This document shows positions 1 to 10,310 of a stretch of 64,000 nucleotides of DNA, one piece after another (positions within the stretch are counted from its first letter, which is position 1; each line of letters starts with the position of its first letter). A program made the translations under genes and the position numbers. Below the pieces are notes generated by a model. That model searched no databases. It saw only the letters and a program-made list of their open reading frames with translations, and was not told the DNA's origin. Source of the DNA: Podarcis muralis (lineage: Eukaryota); the NCBI RefSeq assembly GCF_964188315.1, contig NC_135665.1, forward strand, positions 66,650,001-66,714,000, in the 5' to 3' direction.

Positions 1-40
1 ATATATATATATATATATTTGTGTGTGTGTGTGTGTGTGT
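1..40 (+). repeat. (AT)n(GT)n microsatellite
   Basis: Direct reading. Confidence 0.95.
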
Positions 41-2432
41 CCCCGCTAATAATGGATCTCCCATGAAACATGTAATTTAGCCCTCAGCTTTAAGCCATAA
101 AAATCACAGTGTGGGCGGAAGGAATATTTGCCACAAGGGATTGAGGGGATGACGGATGACAGCTCTCCGCTCTCCCGCCTGCTCTGACCAACCTGCCAAC
201 CTCAGCTCAGGCTGCAACAGGCTCCTCTGGGGCAGCCCTTCCTTCCAGGGGTCTCTCGCTGCCCCTGCCTGCAGCTCACAGCTCTGCCTTCCCCCTTAGG
301 GCCTACAACCTGGGGTCTCTGGATGAGTCAGCAGCAGATGTGTCCATCCTGCTGCTGCTGCTGCTCTCCAGGAAGGAGAGGGGAGGTTGATGCAGTGCAA
401 ACACACTGGGAGAGGAAATATGGTGTGCCTGTCAGGGTGCTTGCACTGCGCTGACCTCTGACCACCTCCCCACCCCTCTCCTTCTGGGGCTGGAAAGGGA
501 GCAGGCAGCCTGTCAGTTTGCGAGCAAAACTGAATTACTGTGTCACGAAATGATGCAGGTCTAAAAAGTGTGTCAACAACATGGAAAGTTTGGAAAGTTC
601 TGTTTTAGGCTCTAGGTTGGGGTCACATCAGACATGACATTAAATGTGTATTTGCATGTAATGTGCTCTTTAATGTAAATAGCAGCCTCTTTGAATGGGG
701 GAGGGCAGTAATTATCAGGATCAATGGAGGCAAGAGGAGTGAGGTTAACCCTTTCCTCCCCAGCTGCAATCCTGATGGAAACAAGCTCCTCCAAAGTGCT
801 CAGGACCTCGCTGAGCTCAGACCCTGTTTGTCTCCTGCCTAATCTTGGAATTTCAAACTCTGATGCTGAAGACCAAAGATTAGGTGAACATTTGCTGCGC
901 AACAGCTGTGGAGCCCCCAAGAAGACTGAGGGAGAGCACTCCCCTCCAAAATTCTCTGAGGAATGTTGAAGGCGTTTTTAATTTAATCCACAATCCTATG
1001 CATGTCTATTCAAACACAAGCCCTCTGTAGCTCAGTGAGGCTGACTCCCAGGTGAGTGCTGCAGATTTTACAAAAGCCTGCCATAAGAAAGATGCTTGAG
1101 GGCCAAAGCATGAAGTGGGAGGGAGAAGGGGGCTGGGGGAGGGGTTGCTCAGAGAAGGCCCAGGGCTGGGGGGGGGGGGGAGTGAAGGTTCAGGCAGACC
1201 AGAAGATCCCAGCAGTGGGTGCTGCCAGGCAGAGCCTCACTCAGACCAGAGCAAGAGGCAGCCAGCTGGTTCTCCGCAGGCCAGACCCCCATCCCTAAGA
1301 GCAGAGGACAGGACCCTCCTCTGCCTCCCCCCACAACACAGCCCTCCGGCCATCTCACGGGAGCCTGGCCTGTGGTTGCAGGGAGGGCTGGGGAAGAACC
1401 TCCCGCCCCATTCTCAAGCCACACTCGGCTCCCTCTCGGTCAGGCAGGAGTTCAGCGGCAGTTCGGGGTTGTTTCTTGGTGCAGGGAGAGAGAACCGGGG
1501 CCGCAGTCTCCTCTGGGCTCCCAGCAACTGTCAGCCAGGAGACATCAAACATCTCGGCCGGCCTTCCAGGGGTGTGACATTCCTGAAATTCTCACATTTA
1601 AATCTAACCCAGCTCCCGTCGTAAAAGACGCAGCAATAAACTTTTTCCCCCTTTTGGAAATGGGAGAGGCGGCGGCTTCCCGACAGGCAGGCTGGCTCTG
1701 CCCCGCTCTTCCCTACAAAGGCCGGCCTGAGATGGGTCCCAGCGCGGCCCCAAGGCGGCGGCACTGGACGGCACCTCCAGCTGGGCAGCCGGCCTGAGCG
1801 GAGGGCTGGCGGGGGGCGACAGCCTCCTCGCGGACGAAGGCGGCGGAGGCAGCAGCAGCTGTTCTTTTCGCTCAGGGCGCCCCCGGCCCCCGCCCGGCCC
1901 CCGCCCGCCTCGGCCTGCGCCAGAAACGCCCCCGGAAAGCTCCGCGGAGGCAGCTGGCCAGGTGCGGCGGCGGCGGCTGGAGAGGCGAGGCGAGCGCGCG
2001 GCGCATCCGGCAGCACGACGGCGCTCCTGCGCCCGCTTCCCTCGGCGCCCGGTCCCCCTGCCCCAGGGGGCGTCCGGCAGAGGCGCTCGGGCCAGGCCCC
2101 TTCCCCCGGCCTGGCCGTGGGGGCTGATCCCGCCCCACGCCTTCCTGCCTCCCTCCCTGGCTGTCCCAGGCGGGCTCCGTGCCCGTCCCCATGACACAGC
2201 AGCCGCCGAAGAGGCTCCATTAGCAGCCGCAGCTGCAGCTCGGATCGATAAGTGCCTCCTGGCGCATCCATTAAGGAGGAGTGTCAGGCTGCCCTTGGCC
2301 AGCGCCCCCCCCCCCCGCCTACGCCCGGAAAGTGGAGGGCTCGATCCGGCTTCGGGATCTGCGAGCGCCCCCCCTGCCCCAAACTGCCAAGCGGTCCTCG
2401 TAGATGCTGAGATAGTTCCAACCGGGTTCCCA

Positions 2433-2454
2433 TGGATGGATGGATGGATGGATG
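2433..2454 (+). repeat. (GGAT)n microsatellite in NPR2 intron 1
   Basis: About 5 units. Confidence 0.85.
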
Positions 2455-2806
2455 GCCCTGGGATGGGGCGGGGGGGGGGGGCATGTATTTCTCCGTGGCC
2501 ACACAAGGGCAGTTCCTCCGCCTTGGCTCCCCCCCCCCCAGTCCCGGAGTGCCCCCTCCGTCCCCTCTGGGAGTCGCAGAGCCCAACTCCCAGAGATCTC
2601 GATCTCCGGCCCAGAGGAGCCCCGACGGCAGCGGAGGAGGTGCCGTCTCGCCGGGAAATGCCCGCAGACTGAGCGGGGTTGGGGGGGGGGCGCTGCATGC
2701 AGACGGAGGTGGGAGGGTGGGATGGACTGCAGGCACCCGGGACACGCGCCCCCCTTCCCGTCCAGGACCAGCAGCAGGCGGCCCCCAAGCGCTGCGACCC
2801 GCTCAC

Positions 2807-3578
2807 CTCGCCCGTTGGCCCGGATGAACTGCACGGCGGTGTCCGGGCCTCCGCCATCGTCTGCGGCGCCGCCTGCGTTGCTGCTGCTGCTGCTGCTGCC
2901 GTTGTCTCGGGGCGCGTAGATGTGGTAGCCGACGGTGAGGCCGGCGTGGCGGAGCTCCTGGTAGACGCCCTCGATGGTGAAGTAGAAGGGCCGGTCGTCG
3001 GTCTTTCGGTCGACGTAGAGGAGCGCGGCGCGGGAGCTCCAGTTGAAGCGCTCGTGCAGGAGGGCCGCGAAGGCGCCCAGCTTGGGCGCGGACGGGCCGG
3101 TGCGCACCAGCGTGGTGTAATGCTCCTTCTTGTGGCTGAAGTCCGAGGCGACGGCGCCGGCCGTGATGAGCGGCAGGCCCCAGTGCGAGGCGAAGCGCCC
3201 CACCGAGGCAGCCGGGTAGACGCAGCCGGGCCCCAGCAGCACGTCCGGGTCGTGGTAGAGCTTCAGGTCCACGGCCTGGAGCGGCGCCACCGACTCCGAG
3301 CAGGCGCCGTTCAGCTCCGACGTGGCGTTGACGGTGCGCATCGACAGCCCGGCGGCCCGCAGCGCCGGCTCCAGCGCCTCGAGGGCCAGGCGCACGGCGG
3401 GGCCCACCCGCGGCAAGGCCCACGGGTAGCTGGGGTTGTGCTCGGGCAGCACCAAGGCCACCGTCACCACCGTCGCGGCCGCGCTCCCGTTGGCGCCCTC
3501 GCCCAGGCCCGACGAGGCGGCCGACAGCGACAGGGCCACGGCGGCGACCACCAGCAGCGACGTCGTTGGCGAGGCCAT
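2807..3578 (-). CDS. NPR2: Natriuretic peptide receptor 2 (guanylyl cyclase B), coding exon 1: signal peptide plus N-terminal extracellular ligand-binding domain. The remaining exons lie left of the window.
   Basis: ATG at 3578 in GCCATGG context. Translation [16 protein letters not shown]...[20 protein letters not shown]...[42 protein letters not shown]...RTDDRP-like motif...FIRANGR matches remembered NPR2 exon 1. Phase-1 donor G|GTGAGC at 2807/2806. Synteny with MSMP-RGP1-GBA2. Confidence 0.96.
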
Positions 3579-4565
3579 GGCGGGGCGCGCGAGGAGGGAG
3601 TCTGCTCCGCTCGGCTGCTGCGTGGCTGCCCGGGGGCCGCTGGCCACCACCTCCTTCGCTTTGCTGCTGCCGCCGCGGCGCCGCCGGATCCCTTCTGTGG
3701 GCCGCCGGGCTGCCCTGCGCTCCCCAGGAGAGGCCGCCCCCTCCGCGGCCAGCCCCAGCCGCCCACCCTGCGCCTCCCTCCGGACGCCGTGCCAGAGCCG
3801 CCTGCAGACGTGGGGGGGCAGCGCCCCCTGGTGCCTCCGTCCGCGTCCTCCGACGCCGCCAGCCCAGGCGCCCCACCAGGCCAGCGGCCGCGCTCCAGAG
3901 GCGGCGGCCCGGGGCGCGGCTCCATCCCGCCCGCCGGGGCAGGACCCGGCCCGCTGCTACTGAACGCGGCCGCTGGGCGGAGGTCGGCCCGCCCGCCGGC
4001 TCCGCGGCAGCTGCCCGGACGCCTCCATCTCGCCCTCGAGCGTCCTGCTCGCTTCGCAGCCCGGCGCTCCTTGGGCGAGGGAAGCGCGGGCGGGCCAGGG
4101 AGCGGCGGCAGCGGCGGCCCTGTCTATCCCGAGCGCGCACGCCGTCCTCGGCGCCTCGGAGCGGGGCTGGCTCTTCCTCCTCGGTGCCTCTCTGGAGGGT
4201 TCATAGCGGCGCAGGAGAGGCCGGCTCTCTTTCTGTCCTAGCCGCGGATCCAGCAGCCTCTTGGTTCGCTCTGCTCCTTCCAGATGGAAGGAACCGGGCG
4301 GGAGCGCCGTCCAAGCCGCTTGGAAGCTGTGCGCGGAGTCGGCTGAAGAAGCCGGAGACGCGCCTCTCCTCCGGGCAGCTGCCGGTGGAAAGGGGCCAAA
4401 GGCGAGGCTCCCCATTGGCTCTCGCTTGCCCTCTCCGGAAAGAAGTCTGGAGGGCGACTCAGATGCCTCGCTAGGGCGCGTCTGTCAAGGAGAGCACCGG
4501 AGACCCGGCAAAGTGGGCGGAAAGGGCAGCCCCGAAGCCTTTGGGGTCTTTTTACTCGCAGATAT

Positions 4566-4880
4566 GGGTTGGAAGGGGTCCCCGGGGTCATCTAGTCCAA
4601 CCCCGCAGTGCAGGAACCTCGGCTAAAGCATCCATGACAGATGATCATCCAACATGTGCTTAAAAACCTCCCAAGGAAGCAGTTACAGATAGGTAGCGAA
4701 AGCTCATACCAAGAACTAACTTAGTTGGTCTTTAAGGTGCTACTGGAAGGATTTTTTTGTTCTCCCAAGGAAGGAGACCGTTCCACTGCTGAGCAGCTCT
4801 TGCCACCAGAAAGTTCTTCCTGATATTGAGTCGGAATCGCCTTTCTTGAAACTTGAAACCAGCGGTTCGAGTCCTACTCC
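4566..4880 (-). mobile_element. CR1 LINE 3' fragment (interrupted by the Penelope-like insert)
   Basis: gtcatctagtccaacccc..gcaggaa tail; the minus strand encodes ...FKFQERRFRLNIRKNFL. Confidence 0.8.
4680..4761. mobile_element. 82-bp Penelope-like mini insertion inside a CR1 fragment
   Basis: 18 nt of inverted element end (agttacagataggtagc) joined to CGAAAGCTCATACC...GGATTTTTTT, near-identical to the 49999-50062 arm; 12-bp TSD CTCCCAAGGAAG (4668-4679, 4762-4773). Confidence 0.75.
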
Positions 4881-6879
4881 CCTTCATTAGTGGAAGGGGG
4901 TCAAGATAGCGCCCCCCCCCGCGCGCAGCATTAGGGGCGGCCCCAGTGACCCTGAGGAGCAGCGCGAGAAGCACGACCCGATGTGAGGAGTCGTGTGCAT
5001 GTAGGACTCGAGTTTGGTGCCTTGGCTGTGCCTCAGATGCGCTCGGATCTTCCCATACTGATGATGGAGGAGGCGCTGCTCTGAGCCCCTGGGTAGCGCT
5101 GAGCCTGGCCTGTGGTGGCGCCCCGTGCTTGACAACCCCTGGTGTCCCCGCCAGCCTGCTCCTCCTAGCCATTCTGGGGGTGGGGTGGGGGCTATATATT
5201 CTGAACAGACAGAAGGAAATAACTTCTTCAAATGACCCGGTTTCGAGAACCCCGGGTTCTCTGCAAGCATTGCAACAAATCCGCCCACCTTCAGCAGATA
5301 CGAATGCAAATAGAGTTCTAAAGCGGGAGGGGGGGTGGACAATGATGTCCCAGGCCAGCATCCTCCTTTCAACTTGCACGCGGCCCTCCCCCTATTTCTG
5401 TTCAGGGACCTTAGCCCAAATCGCCGCTCTGCAAAAGGCGGAGAGGCATCTACTGGTCGACCTCCGGAGGATTTGAAAAGGATTCCCAACTCCCAATTGT
5501 TTACTCAAGTTTCGATTACTGCAACGTGTTATACGTGGGGCTGCCTCTGAAGGCGGTTCGGAAACTTCAACGAATGCAGAATTCGGCCGCCAGGTTGCTC
5601 ACCTGAGCAAGACGCTTTGCGCACCTTCCACCGATGCAGGAATCTCGGCATGTCTTCAGGCACCAGGGGAAAAGGTTTCTCTTCAACCGGCTATTCGGCT
5701 GATTAACATTCTGTGGTTTTTTAGATGTGTTTGTGGGAGGGTTTGCTTCTGTTTCTGTTTTGTCTTCTCATTTTGTGTGTTTCTGTTGTAAACTGTCCTG
5801 GGATCTTCGGGTGAAGGCATAGTGTAGTTTACAAATTGAATTAACAACAACAATAATAATCTTAACAAAAACAGCATTCATTCGACACCAAAATGACTCA
5901 TCTCTCCTGAATTAGGCTGCTGAAATTCACTTATTTTTGTCTGGAAATATTTGGAGACTGCTCGGTACAGACCGCGGGCGCCCCCTCCGGGATGAGGGAC
6001 GAGGCCAAATGCTCGCGGCGCTTCGGAGAGGCGGGCGAAGTGGCTGCAGCCTTGGCGGCAGAAGGAGGCGACGCTCCGCCTCTCCTCCTCCTCGGGTTCC
6101 TCTGCGTTGTCGATGTCCTGGATGGAGGGGAGTATGTGGGGAGCCCTCGCCGCCATCACCGGAGTGTCGAAGGAGGCAAGCGGGAGGCGCCCCCCCCCCA
6201 TCCCTCCGCCTAGGGATGCTGTTGCCGAAGCTCGGGAAAGGAGCGGCGGGAGGGAGACGGGTGCTCCTGGCTGGACCCCTTCCAGGAATGGCCGCGAATT
6301 GACCCGGCACCGACGTGTTTTGGGGTCCCGAAGGTGGTGTGGGCAGGGCTGGGCTGGTGGGGAACTCCCTGTCCTGGCCGAGTCTTCCTTCTCCCATAGT
6401 TCTCCACTGGCCACAGAGGGAAGAGAACTTTGGTCCAGCCCAAAGACTTGGCGGGGGAGGACATCACAATGGCCAGCAGAGCTGAGGGCACCCGTCTGCC
6501 TCGGGAGACAAGGAAGGTGTGTGCCTTTGGGGGTGGAGTCAAACGGCTGGGAGCTTGCAGCGCCTGCTGTGGCTGCGGAGACCGATAAGGGAGAGACATG
6601 TTTTGTTGCAACTGGGCAGATGAAGGTGCCTGGTTGTGTTGCTGCAGATGGACCAGGGCGTTTCTCTTCTCTTTGCTCCTCCCAGCCGTCATCCCTCCTC
6701 TGGTCACTGCTGTATCTGACTGTCTCCAGGTACTGCGAGTGTCACTCCAGCCTTCACGTCACCTTTGCATGCTTCTTGTAACGTGGAGTTGTTCTCCCAA
6801 GGGGCCTGTTTCCCCATAGGGAAGGATCCTTGGCAATCCTGCCACCTTCCATTCTGTGTACATGACCAAGCCAGCATAG

Positions 6880-7610
6880 ACAGATTATCTTCCATAAACA
6901 TGGTTTTAACAATGAGTCCGTAAGTGACTGTGGAGGCCAATTGTGGATTCACACATCCTTCCACAGTGGGGACATAGGTTTCTGGGTGGGAGTTGATCAC
7001 GGTGAGGGTTTGCCAAACACGCCTTCCTCTTAGCACATTTCTCCCTCGTGTCCTGAGTTCGAGTGTTTTCAAAGCCCATGGCACCTTTGGTAAAGGCTGT
7101 TCTCCAATTGGAGCCTTGGACTTGCTGATCAGAAGGTTGGTGGTTCGAATCCCCGCGACGGGGTGAGCTCCCATTGCTCGGTCCCTGCTCCTGCCAACCT
7201 AGCAGTTCGAAAGCACGTCAAAGTGCAAGTAGATAAATAGGTACCGCTCCGGCGGGAAGGTAAACGGCATTTCTGTGCACTGCCCTGGTTTGCCAGAAGC
7301 GGCTTAGTCATGCTGGCCACGTGACCCAGAAGCTGTACGCCGGCTCCCTTGGCCAGTAAAGCGAGATGAGCATGCAACCCCGGAGTCGTCTGCAACTGGA
7401 CCTAAAGGTCAGGGGTCCATTTACCTTTATACTACATTGTTTTAGATTTGCCTTGAGACAGTCTTTAAACTTCTTTTGTTGACCACCGGCATTACACTTT
7501 TTAAATTTGGAATAGAGTAGCTGCTTTGGAAGACGATAATCAGGCATCCGAACAACATGACCAGTCCAATGAAGTTGATGCTGAAGAATCATTGCTTCAA
7601 CACTGGTGAT
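6880..7610 (-). mobile_element. RTE-clade LINE 3' part (family A), interrupted by a Sauria SINE
   Basis: MILQHQLHWTGHVVRMPDYRLPKQLLYS...KKFKDCLKANLK and a C-terminal CPxCG..IGLHSHLRTH-type zinc finger; homologous to 9612-10310. Confidence 0.85.
7110..7429 (+). mobile_element. Sauria SINE, 5'-truncated
   Basis: B-box GGTTCGAATCC, ctagcagttcgaaagcac core, ...ggtcaggggtccatttaccttta tail. Confidence 0.9.
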
Positions 7611-7629
7611 CTGAAGAAGAAGTCATCAC

Positions 7630-8335
7630 TGAGACGTGCTGGGAACCTGGGCTTGGGAGAGCATGTATTTGCCAGAAGCTCTGCCCTGCCGTTTGATGCC
7701 CCACATCTCCCTGACACGGTGCATGTGGAAGGTGCTGAGGCATCACTCCTGAGGGTTGCAAGTTGCCCAGATTCACTTCCACTAAGCAGCAGGCTGTATG
7801 GTAGACCTTCATCTTGGTCTTGGTCACCAGCATCACATTCTCCCATACCTTTACGGAGAGGCGAGCCATTGCTGTAGCTGCCTTGCCAATACGCTTGTCC
7901 AGCTCAGCATCGATGGAGAGGTTGCTGGTCATGGTGGAGCCCAGGGAGACAAAGCAGCGGGGGGGGGGGGGGGGTCCCAGCAGCGCCTCCTGGTCCCGCC
8001 TGTCTAGGTTGAGAGTGCCGCCTACTGGCCAGTGATGGGAATGCAGCTTCCTTGCCATCAGCACATACAGTACTTTTCTTTTCTTAGTTTTTATTAAGGT
8101 TTTTTGGTGTTGCTCTTATACCCAAACGAGACATGAAGGCTGGCAACATCAATCCTGCTGTGTGGGAATCCCTTTCAGACAACGGAGGCGGAATGACCAC
8201 TGGAAGGAGCAGAGAGAGAAGAAACGCTCTGGTGCATTTGCAAGCGGACACCTTCACCTGCCCCAGATGCCACAAAACATCTCTCTCCTGTACTGGTCTC
8301 TAGACCCACAGAAGGCACTGATAAACGTCACCCCC
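7630..8335. mobile_element. Older RTE LINE (family B) in two oppositely oriented pieces
   Basis: Minus 7945-7630 encodes TSNLSIDAELDKRIGKAATAMARL..KTKMKVY; plus 8125-8335 encodes KRDMKAGNINPAVWESL..RRNDHWKEQRE..TFTCPRCHK. Confidence 0.7.
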
Positions 8336-9611
8336 AAAGGAAGACTCCTCCACTGCCTCCCGAGAAATACAGGTGCCAATAAGCAGATGGCAGGCTGTGG
8401 CCACTATCTTGCAAAAGAACTTGTCTGACTAGCTCAGCAACAGAATCCTGCATTCGTTTTTTAACCTTTGCTGGATCCAGGACCACCATAATTAGAAGGT
8501 GCTCAGGACACCATGCAGGGGAGCATGATGGAGTCAAGACGGTGCGCTGCTGGTCAACAGCCATAGAGGTGGTGGGCCCTTGGAGGTTTTTAAGCGGAGG
8601 TCGGGTGCGCACCTGTCAGGAGTGCTTTAATTGTGATTCCAGCATTACAGGGGGCTGGACTAGATGACCCTTGAGGTCTCCTCCAACTCTACAATTCTAT
8701 GAAATATCTATGAAAATAATCCTGGAAATGGGTTCTGTTCAAATTTCACCCTTTGCAGCTTTGCAGCTCTGCTTGGAGCAACCCTCATGCACGAAGCTTT
8801 GTTTTTGTGAGGAGTGGGCAATCATTCCCCCCCCCCCCCCCGCCGCCCCTTTGGAAAGAGCGAATGCTCCCGGCTGAGGCCTCCTGCTTGCTGCCTTTGT
8901 CTGCTGTGAAGGGCCACACATGCCCAAGAGAGTCAGATAACCGACCTGCTCCAGAGACGTCCCATCAGCCAGGAATTCCCTCTGAGGCCAAAGTCAACTG
9001 CATCTTGATAACTTATGAATAGATGTTCTTGTCTGAAGGAAATTCCAACATCCTTATGTAAACGTCTGTCCTGAGGCCAAGAAAGCCATCTTGGTCTGCT
9101 TGCAGGTGACTTCAGACATTGGACAGCCTGATGGGGGGAGGGGAGAAGAGCTCCACCAGCATTGGAGGAAACAGGACAGAGGGAGGCCGATTCAGATGAG
9201 GTGACGGGCGCATTGCAGGGCCGGGGTCTTGCAGGGGGCCCTGGGACCTTCCAAGTGAATCACCAACGTCCTGAGCAGCCGTACGGGTGCAAACATGATG
9301 TGCAGACTCTTGAACACGAATATTATTATTTTATATCTATTTATATCCCGCCTTTCCGATTTGATTTATTATATTTCTATGCCTCTTTTCATTCAAATGT
9401 ATCCCAAAGCAGCTTACAAACACTAAATCACAATAATGATAGAGCATAATAAAGCATCACAAATACAGCATAAATCATATAGAATAATCAGTGAAACAAT
9501 CGCAATCTATAAAACGCTGTTAACAAAGAACAGCTAAAACATAAACTAAATATCACAATTAAAGCAAAAGACGCATTATATGATTAACAAATCAATACAA
9601 TATTTATAATC

Positions 9612-10310
9612 TATCTTCTTTGGTGATCCCTTGTAGCCGAGTAAGATTGTCTTCCATGAACACTGTCTTAACAGTGAGTCTGTAAGTGACTGTGGAGGCC
9701 AATTCTGGACCCACATGTCCTTCTGCAGTGGGGACATTGGTTTCCGGGCGGGAGTTGATCACGGTGTGGATTTGCCAAGCTTGCCTTCCTCTTAGCACCT
9801 TTCCCCCTTGCGTCCTGAGTTCAAGTGTCTTCAAAGCCCATGACACCTTTGGTCAAGGCTGTTCTCCAGTTGGAGCACTCACAGGCAAATGTTTCCCAAT
9901 TGTTGGTGTTTATACCACATTTTTAAATATTTGCCTTGAGACAGTCTTTAAACCTCTTTTGTTGACCACCAGCATTACACTTCTCATTTTTAAGTTTGGA
10001 ATAGAGTAGTTGCTTTGGAAGATGATAGTCAGGCATCCGAACATCATGACCAGTCCAACGAAGTTGATGTTGAAGAATCATTGCTTCAACACTGGTGATC
10101 TTTGCTTCTTCCAGGACACTGGCATTAGTTTGCCTGTCTTCCCAAGTGATTTGTAAAAATTTTCAGAGACACCATTGATAGAATCTTTCGAGGAGTTGGA
10201 GATGGCGTTTATAAGTGGTCCACGTTTCACAAGCAGACAGTAAGGCTGGTAGTACAATAGCTTTGTAAACAAGCATTTTGGTTTTCCTGTGAATGTCCCA
10301 GTCCTCAAAC
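9612..10310 (-). mobile_element. RTE-clade LINE 3' part (family A)
   Basis: KTKMLVYKAIVLPALLSACETWTTYKRHLQLLERF..ITWEDRQTNASVLEEAKITSVEAM..; 3' end ...tcaccaaagaaga. Confidence 0.85.

Larger units (their letters stand above)
1650..4560. promoter_or_regulatory. CpG island over NPR2 promoter, exon 1 and 5' part of intron 1
   Basis: Very high GC with abundant unmutated CpG compared with flanks; CCAAT box on the minus strand (ATTGG at 4414-4418). Confidence 0.85.

Noticed and set aside
612-920. 102-aa minus-strand ORF in NPR2 intron 1 as a possible NPR2 exon 2
   Set aside because: No similarity to the expected exon 2 (VYICG...DYVF); no NPR2 exon 2 was found anywhere in 1-2806.
3579-3650. 24-codon N-terminal extension of NPR2 in the ORF track
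   Set aside because: Begins at GTG; the ATG at 3578 has an ideal Kozak context and directly precedes the signal peptide.
1500-4500. Many 200-520 aa ORFs on both strands around NPR2
   Set aside because: Ala/Gly/Pro/Arg-rich shadows of a CpG island and of the antisense of NPR2 exon 1; stop codons are rare at this GC content.
5975-5992. CTCF-like GCGCCCCCT motifs (also near 48478)
   Set aside because: Mismatches at informative positions and expected by chance in GC-rich DNA.
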